IMG/VR virus record: IMGVR_UViG_3300025102_000139
Span: 1 to 32,496 of that record
Length of the DNA stretch: 32,496 nt
Strand: one strand, 5' to 3'
Source of the DNA: a virus
Taxonomy: Duplodnaviria; Caudoviricetes
This document shows, piece after piece, positions 9,681-18,246 of the stretch. The notes beneath the pieces are model-generated. The model saw nothing but the letters and a program-made list of their open reading frames with translations. It was not told the DNA's origin and searched no databases. Positions within the stretch are counted from its first letter, which is position 1. Each line of letters begins with the position of its first letter. Position numbers and translations under genes: made by a program.

Positions 9681-11996
9681 TCACCCCGGTGTCTGTGCGC
9701 CACCGAAGTAACGCGGAGACTCGTCGAAAGATAACCCCACAAACTCCCAAGCGCCGGTCCCTCGGATGCGGAACTTGAAGGTCTCGGCTGAGGGCAGGTA
9801 GATTTGCGCCCTTGTCCAAAACGGACGGCGCTCTTTATACTTGCCCCCTGAGTCCAAGGCTTCCTCACCCCAAAACGGAGGCACATCCATAGTGGAGTAG
9901 CGAGTCGTGGTGACCGTCTCCACAACGGTGTCTCTCCAATCACGCATCACCTCTACGGTAATGTCGGCCTTCTCCGTCTCCCGGAACCAAAGATAAAGCT
10001 TAGGTACTGTTTTTTTGGACAAAGAGGCCTGACCGTCAAGCCACACGGTTTCGATCAAGGCCTCGCGACTGTCGATAAGGGCCGTTAGGGACTCGTCTGA
10101 GCGATTTCCCACATGGTCTAGGAGGTAGACGCCAGAATGTCCCTCGTCGCCCGTCACAGAGCCTGCTGCGAGCATATATGAACGATGGTCTTGTGTGACA
10201 CATACAGAACGGGGCTGAAAGTCAGTTCGGATGCGCCAGCCGTTGCCATCGTAGATGAAGCAGGTGTCGTTTTCAACATTGCCGTTAGTAGACACCCAGC
10301 ACCGGTACTCGTTAGTTTCAGGGTCATACGCCGAACAGGCTTGCGGAAAACGTGATTTTGTGGCCCGTTTGAAGTATTTGTCCAGCGCGCCGGAAATAGG
10401 CGTGATGCTCTCGCCGTCGTAACTGTAAAAACCGTCAGACCCTAACCAGATGACATTATCTAAAGTTGTGGTCTGTAGGGACGAGGGCGCGTGACATCCG
10501 ATCTCCGACGATAGTGGCTCGGGCCTAAAACGTGCCCCGTCGTCGGACACTTGTACAAGGAATGAGCTTCGGCGGGTAAACACTAAAAGCCCTTTAGGGC
10601 ATCGCCACAGACCTGTGATTTCACCGCCAGTCGCGTCAGGGTAAATCTTCTCACGCGCTTTAAACGTCCCCCATTGGCCCGGCATTGAAGGCATGATGGC
10701 AGACTCTTGTCCTTCGATATTGCCAATCCATAGACGCCCAAAAGCAACCTTACAAAGCTTAAACTTTGGTACAGCTACAATGTCTAAAGCTTCACGAGTT
10801 AAAAACGAGTCCGGGATGTTATCAGGATAAATGGTCGTCACGTTGTCGGGGAGCGTGGCAAACGCATTGGCTACCGAAGCAGAGTTAAGGGCAAGCTCGT
10901 AGAACTTGACGTCCCCTGAGTTTTTGAGGTCTTTTGTCCGGTGTATGATCCGACCGACACAGTGCTCTGGTCCAGTCGGAACCCCCGCCCAAGCTATCTG
11001 CATCCTAAGCGCATCCACGGAAACGCCTATCGCCGCCGCACCCATGCCGACCGAACCGGGAAAAGCGTTGTTTACCTTTAGCTTGGCGCCTTGACGTGTA
11101 AACTGGACAGGCTCACTGGCGTTTGAAAGCGCCGACAGGTTGCCCCAACGGTCGATAAACTGAACCTTGCAGCGCCATTCTCCGGGGTTCAGCCAGCCGG
11201 TTGCTGTGACGGCAGAATCGGTAAAATCGCTAACCGTGCCAAGGCGGCAATGACCAAAGCCGTAAGTCATGCCGGAAACACCTGCGGTTCTAAGCATGTA
11301 GCCTAGCCCGGAATGAGCGTAGCCGGTGTCATTTGACCCAATAATGGTATCCGTCTGGGTAACACCCATGTTGGAATCTTCCGGTCCACGCGCTGAAGGT
11401 GTCTCTGGAACGTCGGAAAAGCCTAGCGGGGCAATGATTTCGCCGTCGTAAAAGTACGCCCGTCCGTCTTGGGGAACGATAACAATCCCTGTGCCTGTAG
11501 CCTCAAACTGCGTAGGAAACCGAATCGCATTGTCGTCCCGCAGAACGTCCTCAACCCCGTGCGAACTTGCGGGAGAAGATAGAAGTTGCCGCCAGTTTCG
11601 ATGCCAACCCCTGAACTCCCACAGTTCGTAGCCTGTATGGAGGAGCAAAACGCTACGCTCTCTGCCGTATAGCTTGGTATGGAAGATGCCGTGCTGATGC
11701 TGTCCGTATACCGGATACTCCGGGTACACGGTTCGGAGCGCACGAGGGTTTCCTGTTGAGCCGACAGAGGAGAGAGGACGTTCGCCCGGCGTTCCGTATT
11801 TAAAGTCTTGCTCAAACACCAAGGTGTCTTTGATGGGGACATACGCGGCTGGTCCCCAGATGGAGCGAAGGGTGCCTTCGTCCATCGGGTACATGTTCTT
11901 GATCTCATGAGCAAGCTCATTAGGAAGGAATAGCTTCCCAGCCTGTGTTCTTAGGAGATAGGGGCCAAGAGAGGCCACTCCGCGCTGGTCCGCCAT
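9681..11996 (-). CDS. Tail nozzle / DNA stabilisation protein (P22 gp10 / T7 gp12-like beta-propeller)
   Basis: 771 aa; blade motifs GRLWIG, GEITGL...LLVFTRRS, IGCHAPSS, VIWLGSDGFYSYDG, AYDPETNEY; follows the adaptor. Confidence 0.8.
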   Translation of the reverse strand: MADQRGVASLGPYLLRTQAGKLFLPNELAHEIKNMYPMDEGTLRSIWGPAAYVPIKDTLVFEQDFKYGTPGERPLSSVGSTGNPRALRTVYPEYPVYGQHQHGIFHTKLYGRERSVLLLHTGYELWEFRGWHRNWRQLLSSPASSHGVEDVLRDDNAIRFPTQFEATGTGIVIVPQDGRAYFYDGEIIAPLGFSDVPETPSARGPEDSNMGVTQTDTIIGSNDTGYAHSGLGYMLRTAGVSGMTYGFGHCRLGTVSDFTDSAVTATGWLNPGEWRCKVQFIDRWGNLSALSNASEPVQFTRQGAKLKVNNAFPGSVGMGAAAIGVSVDALRMQIAWAGVPTGPEHCVGRIIHRTKDLKNSGDVKFYELALNSASVANAFATLPDNVTTIYPDNIPDSFLTREALDIVAVPKFKLCKVAFGRLWIGNIEGQESAIMPSMPGQWGTFKAREKIYPDATGGEITGLWRCPKGLLVFTRRSSFLVQVSDDGARFRPEPLSSEIGCHAPSSLQTTTLDNVIWLGSDGFYSYDGESITPISGALDKYFKRATKSRFPQACSAYDPETNEYRCWVSTNGNVENDTCFIYDGNGWRIRTDFQPRSVCVTQDHRSYMLAAGSVTGDEGHSGVYLLDHVGNRSDESLTALIDSREALIETVWLDGQASLSKKTVPKLYLWFRETEKADITVEVMRDWRDTVVETVTTTRYSTMDVPPFWGEEALDSGGKYKERRPFWTRAQIYLPSAETFKFRIRGTGAWEFVGLSFDESPRYFGGAQTPG

Positions 11997-11998
11997 GA

Positions 11999-12259
11999 TT
12001 AAGCCTTCTTCTTAGGTCGCCCCACTTTCGGAGCGGAAGGCCGTCCAAGTTTTGCGGAAGCGGGCCGTCCCACCAAAGTAAACTGCTCCCAACGCTCAGA
12101 GTTGGGCCGGACGATTTCGGGGGCAAAGCCTGTAGCAAGCATTGTTCCCTCGATAACACCGTTAGGACTGTGTGTAATAGAGACCAGAGTCCCTTGAAGT
12201 TTACGCCCGACCGAATCAGACCAAGTATAAATCCCACCGCAAACCATATCTGCCTTCAT
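11999..12259 (-). CDS. Hypothetical protein with basic GRP-repeat (AT-hook-like) tail
   Basis: 86 aa, GGAGGGG RBS, ATGA overlap; ends GRPASAKLGRPSAPKVGRPKKKA. Confidence 0.75.
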   Translation of the reverse strand: MKADMVCGGIYTWSDSVGRKLQGTLVSITHSPNGVIEGTMLATGFAPEIVRPNSERWEQFTLVGRPASAKLGRPSAPKVGRPKKKA

Positions 12260-13992
12260 TCTATAACCCCTCCCAAATCATCCGTTGATAAACGACGGTT
12301 CCACTTGCGCCCTGTCCGGTAGCCGGTGGCCCGTGTCATACGACGTAACACAGGTACGTCCGGGGTGCGAAGGTCACCGTATCTTTTCGATAAAGTGAGA
12401 AGAGCTTCTTGATATTTTTCTTTGCTGACCTGAGACATGACTGCATTGCCCATGTTCTCGTAAAGGTATACCATGGCGCGCTCTAAGAGCACGCTCATGC
12501 ACTCCGCATGGATAAGCGGGGTGTCTTGGTCGTCAACAAGCTTGGACGGCCTCACCACGGCGCGGATCTCTGTAACGTACCGCTTGTCAGGCTTAGGGTA
12601 AAACTGCATGGTTTGATACCCGTGGATGTCACGAAGGCGGCGATTGTAATCAGGGAGAAACTCGCCAGTGTCGTACCAAATGCCGTCATTAACGCTGTCG
12701 GCGCGCATCTCTGCTAACAGAAGAAAATCTTCTGCGACATCAAGCTGTGATCGCTGAAGTCCCGCCGCCTCGTTAGCAAGCTCACCGTAGTTTGTCATGT
12801 CCGTCGATGTGCGCTTCCGGTAGATTCGGATGTATACACCACTTTGATTTAAAGACTGACGGGTGTATGTTGAGCTACTGAAGCTGATGCTGTTCAAGTA
12901 GCCCAGAGCGTAGGTAATGTTCGGCAGCGAGACCTTAATCGCAGGCAAAAAGCCCTTGACCAGCCCGTTGTGCTTAACGGCGGCTGATGCGGAAGATGGT
13001 GGAGACTCGAACCGAGGGGTTCGGAATCTGTTCCGGGCAGGGTTGTTGCCGTCGGTCGAAATAGAATAGTTGGGAAAAACTGTTGTATTCGTGATTTCCA
13101 AAGGCTGCGCGAAGCCCTCCCAACTGCCGAGGCCGGGAAGCTGAAACTCAACGTCGCGCTTGCCCCAAGTGTAGGTCACCTTATACTCAAAGGTTCCGGC
13201 AGGCTCCGGTCCAAGCCAAGCGGCAGCTACCGTGTCGCCTGTAATGGCAAGACTTGCTGCCGGTGGAACGCTTGGTCCGCGCATGTGGATATGTTGTCGG
13301 CGAAAGATGCAGCGAGGAATCCCCGAAGCTACTTGGCTAGGGGGTCCGTCAAGCTCAAACTCTTCTGCCTCCCGCTGACCGTATACGTCAAGCGGGTAGT
13401 TGATGTCCTGATCTCGAAGCCGCGCAGAGCGAAGCTCAATGAGGTCGTCCGGCAGGGCATAAGCATCGGTGTAAATGCGGTACTTAAAGTCACCTTGACC
13501 GTAGGTTCCGATGTCCCAAGGCGTCACCAAGGTAAAGTAATAGTAGTTGTCCGAAGCGTTTTTCCACACGGAGCGGATTTGATTTCGGATTTTAGTCCCA
13601 TCGGCGGTTGTAATCTCTATGCGGCGTCCGTCCCAAGAGCGATCAAACTTCCAAGCATTAAAAGCGGCGGGCTTGGCTGCTTGCTGTGTAGACGTATAAG
13701 TAGTGCGCCATGTCCATGGATCGCGTGTCGTAGGGCTTCCGGGCAGCGTGTTAGCGCCTGCCAAACGGACGTTGTCGAGAACCCCGTTGTCAACGTCACC
13801 AGCTAAAGAGGCAACATCCGGCTCTGTAGCCAGATGCACCTTAGATTCAAAGAAGAGAAACGGCGCTTCCAAGGCCAACACATTATAGGCCCGGTTGATG
13901 AAGTTATTGACGCGAGATGTCGCCTCAGACGACTGGGTCGGTGCCCAGTCCGCCTGAGCGAACATCGCGTCCCGAATCTCTTTGAGATTCAT
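12256..13992 (-). CDS. Head-tail adaptor protein with large inserted domains
   Basis: Adaptor hallmarks MNLKEIRD...VNNFINRAY, YALPDD, FYPKPD, DTPLIH...L..A..Y, helical C-terminus; 578 aa, longer than usual. Confidence 0.75.
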   Translation of the reverse strand: MNLKEIRDAMFAQADWAPTQSSEATSRVNNFINRAYNVLALEAPFLFFESKVHLATEPDVASLAGDVDNGVLDNVRLAGANTLPGSPTTRDPWTWRTTYTSTQQAAKPAAFNAWKFDRSWDGRRIEITTADGTKIRNQIRSVWKNASDNYYYFTLVTPWDIGTYGQGDFKYRIYTDAYALPDDLIELRSARLRDQDINYPLDVYGQREAEEFELDGPPSQVASGIPRCIFRRQHIHMRGPSVPPAASLAITGDTVAAAWLGPEPAGTFEYKVTYTWGKRDVEFQLPGLGSWEGFAQPLEITNTTVFPNYSISTDGNNPARNRFRTPRFESPPSSASAAVKHNGLVKGFLPAIKVSLPNITYALGYLNSISFSSSTYTRQSLNQSGVYIRIYRKRTSTDMTNYGELANEAAGLQRSQLDVAEDFLLLAEMRADSVNDGIWYDTGEFLPDYNRRLRDIHGYQTMQFYPKPDKRYVTEIRAVVRPSKLVDDQDTPLIHAECMSVLLERAMVYLYENMGNAVMSQVSKEKYQEALLTLSKRYGDLRTPDVPVLRRMTRATGYRTGRKWNRRLSTDDLGGVIE

Positions 13993-13995
13993 TTA

Positions 13996-14469
13996 CTAGC
14001 CCATACAGTTGATGTGAGCGTTGCCCGTCTCACCTGTGAGAATCGCCGCGAGGGAAAGTCCGAACGTAGGGTGGGTCAGCGCGCCACCAGACGCATCTGC
14101 GCGTCCAGCGGTGCCGTTGCCAACCTGAAGTCCAGCGTTCGCGCTAACACCCGTGTCAATCAACACGGTGCCAACGCCCTTGCGGAGAATGAAACCATAC
14201 GACTCTGCCGGAATCGCGGTCTGAACGCATCCAACCACCCGCGCCGTCGTCTCGCTGGTGGGACAGCGAACAACTTGGTAGGTGAGGGACGAGTCGACGC
14301 GACCGCAAACGGTTCCGACCACAAGCTCTACAGAGTCTTTGTTTTGGACGTAAATCCAAGTTTGAAGACCCTTATCGCCATCAGGCACAGTCAACTCAAA
14401 CCCCAGAGGAGCCTGTTGTGTTGTGGTAACTGTGGTAGTATTAATACCTGCTGCTGTAAATCCAGACAT
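13996..14469 (-). CDS. Capsid decoration/cement protein
   Basis: 157 aa directly after the capsid gene, AAGGAGG RBS; 'PLG...WIYVQ...VGCVQTAIPAESYGFI..KG' pattern. Confidence 0.75.
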   Translation of the reverse strand: MSGFTAAGINTTTVTTTQQAPLGFELTVPDGDKGLQTWIYVQNKDSVELVVGTVCGRVDSSLTYQVVRCPTSETTARVVGCVQTAIPAESYGFILRKGVGTVLIDTGVSANAGLQVGNGTAGRADASGGALTHPTFGLSLAAILTGETGNAHINCMG

Positions 14470-14478
14470 GAGACCTCC

Positions 14479-15573
14479 TTAAGGTGTGCCTGCGCCAGTG
14501 ACGACGAAGTTGGAACGAAGCTGCGTGGTGTGGAGGCCCATCATGAGCACCAACTCGTAGCGGAAGATGTCTTGGTCAGGGATTCGGAACGGTCCACGGA
14601 GAGCGAAGTCGCCCTTCGTTTCGCGAGCCGCATCGTGGCCAAGGGTAAACAGGTGCCAAGTCGGAGTCTTGAGACCGTAGATGATGCCGTCCTGTGCAGC
14701 CGCGCTGAACAAGTTAGCTCCTGCTGCATCAACAGCGCCGATGTCAATGGAGTCATCGAGGTAGAAGTCAGCTTCGAGGAACTTCACGCCCTGACGGACG
14801 AGAGGTGGGGCCTTGTCGCCTTCAACCTTGATCACGCGAACTTGATCGTCCAAGTCGTCGATGTAGTTGAGGTAAGATGACTCATCACCGATCATCAGAT
14901 CGACGGGACCAGAGGTCTTGCCTTGACGCGATGCGGCGAAGTACGCCTTACGCATTTGGCTACGACCGTTGACAGCAAACGAGGTGATGTCTTCGTACTG
15001 GTTGTTCCAGCCGTTGATTGTACCCTGTGTCAAGCCGTGGATGGTGTTGCCGGTGGTGCCTTGGTCTGCGATAGATCGCTGTTGCAAGATGCCTTGGCGG
15101 GCAGAGCCGTCGGGGGTGAACTGTGCGTTACCGTTGAGGGTAACAAAGCCGCCGACACCGTTGCCGTTTCCTGTTCCAAGCTGATTCGAGATCCGCTCGT
15201 GGAAGTCAGACAGCGCCAACTCTGGGTAGTGCTGAAGGATTCGCGCGAGGTCCATCTCGCCGTTGGCCTCAGCCAAGTCCTTGCCGGGAACGTCGAACGC
15301 ATAGATGAGACGCGGAGCAACCACGTTTCCTCGGTGTGCGTTTTGTGTACGCCCACCAGCGATGACTTCCGAACCAGTGGTGACTTGTGTCACGCTACCG
15401 GGACCATCTGTTACAACAGCAAACTCACGCTTTGGCCCTTTTAGGGCGGCGCGCTCAAGGTTGCCGTTCATCATTACTTTTTCCATCAGGGGATGGAACT
15501 TTACAAACATCTCGCTGTATGACGGCATCAACTCATTTAGAGCAGTCGCCAATACGTCAGGTGAAATAGCCAT
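14479..15573 (-). CDS. Major capsid protein (presumed HK97 fold)
   Basis: 364 aa, TAATG-coupled to the scaffold, followed by the decoration gene; size, synteny and motifs (HPLMEKV, VDLMIGD...Y..Y, GVKFLEA..YLD) fit. Confidence 0.85.
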   Translation of the reverse strand: MAISPDVLATALNELMPSYSEMFVKFHPLMEKVMMNGNLERAALKGPKREFAVVTDGPGSVTQVTTGSEVIAGGRTQNAHRGNVVAPRLIYAFDVPGKDLAEANGEMDLARILQHYPELALSDFHERISNQLGTGNGNGVGGFVTLNGNAQFTPDGSARQGILQQRSIADQGTTGNTIHGLTQGTINGWNNQYEDITSFAVNGRSQMRKAYFAASRQGKTSGPVDLMIGDESSYLNYIDDLDDQVRVIKVEGDKAPPLVRQGVKFLEADFYLDDSIDIGAVDAAGANLFSAAAQDGIIYGLKTPTWHLFTLGHDAARETKGDFALRGPFRIPDQDIFRYELVLMMGLHTTQLRSNFVVTGAGTP

Positions 15574-16454
15574 TAGGCTCTCCTAGTTTTGGTTTTACTT
15601 AATGCACTTCGCGCAACATGTGATCTCCAGTCCTTCAAGGACATTGCGTCAGTATTCGGTGCAGTAGACTGCGCTGGAGGCCTACTTGGTGTAGTAGCCC
15701 CCGCCGTTAACTGTGCGCCCGGACGAGGCTTCGCAGCCCTTTGCCTGCCCGCAGCGGCAAACCGCAGCGCGTAAGCATCAGGAACTCCATCGGCCTTCGC
15801 CTTTCTCGCAATCCCAAGAACATCATCCGAAAGGCGCGAGGCTTTCGCTGCGGTCTCAAGATCCCAGCCCTCTTCGAGCAGGTCTGCAAACTTTGTTGCG
15901 AGTTCATTACTCTCGAAAATATCGGAGTTTGTCTCGCGAAACGTCTGTGCGTAAGCATCTGCTTCGGCCTCAATGGCGGCCTCTACATTTGCCTTAAATC
16001 CCTCATATTCCGTCTGCATCGAGGTGTACTTGTCGTCAAGCTCACCATACCGACCTTCCCAGTCAGACAGTTTTGTGGAGTATTCCTCTACACGAGGGTC
16101 TTCGTTGCCCCCCATAAGTGCTTCGTAAAGCCTACGAGTATGGTCCGAGGACTCTTCGTGTTCTTTAATCTTAGCATCAGACCGAGAGGTGTAGTAATCG
16201 GAAAGCTTGCTGCCCCAACCGCGCACAGGCTCTGGCAGAGCATCATGTGTGCCATCCCAATCGTCCCACCCAAAATCGTCATGAGAGGGGAAAGAGGCGA
16301 GGGCCGAGTCACTTTCCGTGTCGTCGGAGAGGGAGGGAGCCGAAGTGGCAGGAGCGTCATCGGAAGCGACGTCAACCGCCTCTGCTTCAACAGGCGCGTC
16401 AACTGCCCCGGATGCTGGTGCTTCAGCCCCCGCCTCAGAAAGTTCTTCATCCAT
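15573..16454 (-). CDS. Capsid scaffolding protein
   Basis: Start moved to ATG 16454 (AGAGGAGGG RBS). Acidic disordered N-terminus, central coiled coil, short basic C-terminal helix (LKDWRSHVARSALSKTKTRRA); immediately before the capsid gene. Confidence 0.8.
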   Translation of the reverse strand: MDEELSEAGAEAPASGAVDAPVEAEAVDVASDDAPATSAPSLSDDTESDSALASFPSHDDFGWDDWDGTHDALPEPVRGWGSKLSDYYTSRSDAKIKEHEESSDHTRRLYEALMGGNEDPRVEEYSTKLSDWEGRYGELDDKYTSMQTEYEGFKANVEAAIEAEADAYAQTFRETNSDIFESNELATKFADLLEEGWDLETAAKASRLSDDVLGIARKAKADGVPDAYALRFAAAGRQRAAKPRPGAQLTAGATTPSRPPAQSTAPNTDAMSLKDWRSHVARSALSKTKTRRA

Positions 16455-16764
16455 GTTTTCCCTCCTCTTTATTACCCAGTTTTCTGGCGACAATAATGGT
16501 CATCGCCCGAGTTTTTTGTCGAGGGTTTGTTCCGGGGTCTTGCATCCCGGCGGGAAGAAGGCTGACTAGCTCTTGTGGAAAGCTATCGTCGTCAGGCCCC
16601 ATGTCTTCCTCGTGTTCCTCTCCCTCTTCTTCGTAACCAGAGCTTTTGCCCGGCTGCTTCATGATCAGATCGTACCCGCATTCGTCCAACATCTCTTCGA
16701 GTTCCGCCTGATTCTGAGGCGGACTCTCGTTTAACTTGGAGACTAGCTTATTCATTGCGGGCAT
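16447..16764 (-). CDS. Small acidic hypothetical protein
   Basis: 105 aa, GAGG RBS, Glu-rich centre, overlaps the scaffold start. Confidence 0.75.
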   Translation of the reverse strand: MPAMNKLVSKLNESPPQNQAELEEMLDECGYDLIMKQPGKSSGYEEEGEEHEEDMGPDDDSFPQELVSLLPAGMQDPGTNPRQKTRAMTIIVARKLGNKEEGKHG

Positions 16765-16782
16765 GACGACCTCATAACGCCT

Positions 16783-17199
16783 TTAGTGGACGTATATTTT
16801 GCTGTCAACTTTTCCAGACAACTTAGCTTTTTCTTTTCTTCGGGTCTTGCGCTTGTGTTCAAGGTCATTGTAACCTTGTTTTTTTGCTTTTCGCTCGGCT
16901 TTGGACCGCGCCATATCGTGATGGTCTTTCCATTGTTTAGAGTCTGCCGAGACAATCGCGCAGTCAGGATTATTACGCTGATACTCGCGCCAATCAGATC
17001 CCGATTCAAAAGACTTACCTATCTGCCCAACAACAAGAGGCTTTGACGGCATTGGTCCGATTAAGGCGACTTCGCTAATCACCGTAACCATTAACGCCTT
17101 ACACTCCGGGCATGTCGTTTTACCATGGTCCGCAAGAGGCACTACGATGTCGTTAAAATAACCACACCCTTTAGGACATTTAAAATCATAGATAGGCAT
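16783..17199 (-). CDS. FmdB-family (CxxC_CxxC) zinc-ribbon protein
   Basis: MPIYDFKCPKGCG...CPEC N-terminus typical of the family; basic C-terminus; GAGGG RBS. Confidence 0.8.
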   Translation of the reverse strand: MPIYDFKCPKGCGYFNDIVVPLADHGKTTCPECKALMVTVISEVALIGPMPSKPLVVGQIGKSFESGSDWREYQRNNPDCAIVSADSKQWKDHHDMARSKAERKAKKQGYNDLEHKRKTRRKEKAKLSGKVDSKIYVH

Positions 17200-17208
17200 A
17201 ATGTTCCC

Positions 17209-17286
17209 TCACTTTTTGTAGCCGCCGCGCGACCCTCGTTTGCCAAGCATCTTTTTTACTTTTTTCTTTCGCGCGTCTTTATACAT
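17209..17286 (-). CDS. 25-aa highly basic micro-protein
   Basis: Not in ORF track. MYKDARKKKVKKMLGKRGSRGGYKK; TAATG-coupled to the upstream gene, and its TGA overlaps the next RBS, filling the gap exactly. Confidence 0.65.
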   Translation of the reverse strand: MYKDARKKKVKKMLGKRGSRGGYKK

Positions 17287-17486
17287 TATTTGCCTACGGC
17301 TTTTTGCGCGGCTTTATGTGCTTCTTCAAAAGAGGCCCCGTCGAGCATCATGCCGATCATCATTTTGATGTGCTCAGGACTGTGGTGCTCGGCGTGCTCC
17401 TTCATTTGCGCCTGTTGCTCCGGGGTCAACTTAGACTCACGCATCGTTTTTGAGGCAACTTGTTTTACGTTGGGCATTCCGGGCAT
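17286..17486 (-). CDS. Small His/Met-rich conserved phage protein (66 aa)
   Basis: Start at ATG 17486 (TAATG). LTPEQQAQMKEHAEHHSPEHIKMM...GASFEEAHKAAQKAVGK matches a pattern I recall from aquatic phages; function unknown. Confidence 0.8.
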   Translation of the reverse strand: MPGMPNVKQVASKTMRESKLTPEQQAQMKEHAEHHSPEHIKMMIGMMLDGASFEEAHKAAQKAVGK

Positions 17487-17593
17487 TATTTTTTCCCGCA
17501 CTTACACTTAGATTTTTTCTTACGAACTAGAGGCGCTACAAGGCGAAGGACGGAGCCTGCAATATCGAGGATTTTCTTGATGGGGATACGCAT
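17486..17593 (-). CDS. 35-aa cationic amphipathic peptide
   Basis: Not in ORF track. MRIPIKKILDIAGSVLRLVAPLVRKKKSKCKCGKK; TAATG overlaps at both ends. Confidence 0.75.
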   Translation of the reverse strand: MRIPIKKILDIAGSVLRLVAPLVRKKKSKCKCGKK

Positions 17594-17910
17594 TACTTCT
17601 TGCCGCCGGGCTTGGGCTTGCCGGGGTTGGGCTTGCCGGGGTTGATGGGCGGGCGTGCGGGCGCGCGACCTGCTTCGTCCGCTACACGTTGTTTTGAGTT
17701 TTTAGTGCGTTGCTCCGCAGCATTCTCGGCCCGTTTTGCATCCGCAGCGTTTGTGGGAATCTTTTTCGGAGCGCCATGGCGAGTGCCACCCTTAGCCTTA
17801 CGCTTCTTAGCGGGGCCTTTTCCGTTAGGGCCGAGGACTGCGGCAATCGACGATGCCGCTACGTCTTTTAGGGATTTTCCAGTACCAAGACTGTTGTACT
17901 TAAATGCCAT
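17593..17910 (-). CDS. Lys/Ala/Pro-rich basic protein (histone H1-like composition)
   Basis: 105 aa low-complexity basic protein ending in NPGKP repeats; in operon. Confidence 0.75.
   Translation of the reverse strand: MAFKYNSLGTGKSLKDVAASSIAAVLGPNGKGPAKKRKAKGGTRHGAPKKIPTNAADAKRAENAAEQRTKNSKQRVADEAGRAPARPPINPGKPNPGKPKPGGKK
17612..17644. repeat. 15-bp coding tandem repeat (about 2.2 copies)
   Basis: TTGGGCTTGCCGGGG twice plus TTG; encodes NPGKPNPGKP. Confidence 0.85.
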
Positions 17911-17919
17911 AAGAACTTC

Positions 17920-18237
17920 CTACATCATGGGGGGTTCGTTTTCGCTCATCTCTTCGTTTTCGGCTTCAGGGGGCGATTCATCTTCTTCTTGCGCTCTGGC
18001 GCGAGAGAGGGACTCTTCAGGGTCCATTCCCTCCTCTTCCATACGAGCAAGGATGTCTTTCACAGCTTCATTTTCTTCGTCACCACCAGCTTCTTTAAGC
18101 GCCTCTACCAGCATGGCCATAAGGTCATCCTCAGGAGGCGCTTCAGGAACCGCTTTGTCTGCTTTTGAAGGCGAGTGCGCTGCAACGGCGCGTGACGCGA
18201 TGCCTTCTAGCTTGCTTCTCATGTTACCATAATCCAT
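17920..18237 (-). CDS. Small acidic Glu/Met-rich protein
   Basis: 105 aa, directly after the portal; strongly acidic C-terminal two thirds. Confidence 0.8.
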   Translation of the reverse strand: MDYGNMRSKLEGIASRAVAAHSPSKADKAVPEAPPEDDLMAMLVEALKEAGGDEENEAVKDILARMEEEGMDPEESLSRARAQEEDESPPEAENEEMSENEPPMM

Positions 18238-18246
18238 ATTTACCGC

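Noticed and set aside
14469-14490. Capsid readthrough or frameshift into the decoration gene
   Set aside because: Clean TAA followed by a strong independent AAGGAGG RBS and ATG; no slippery site.
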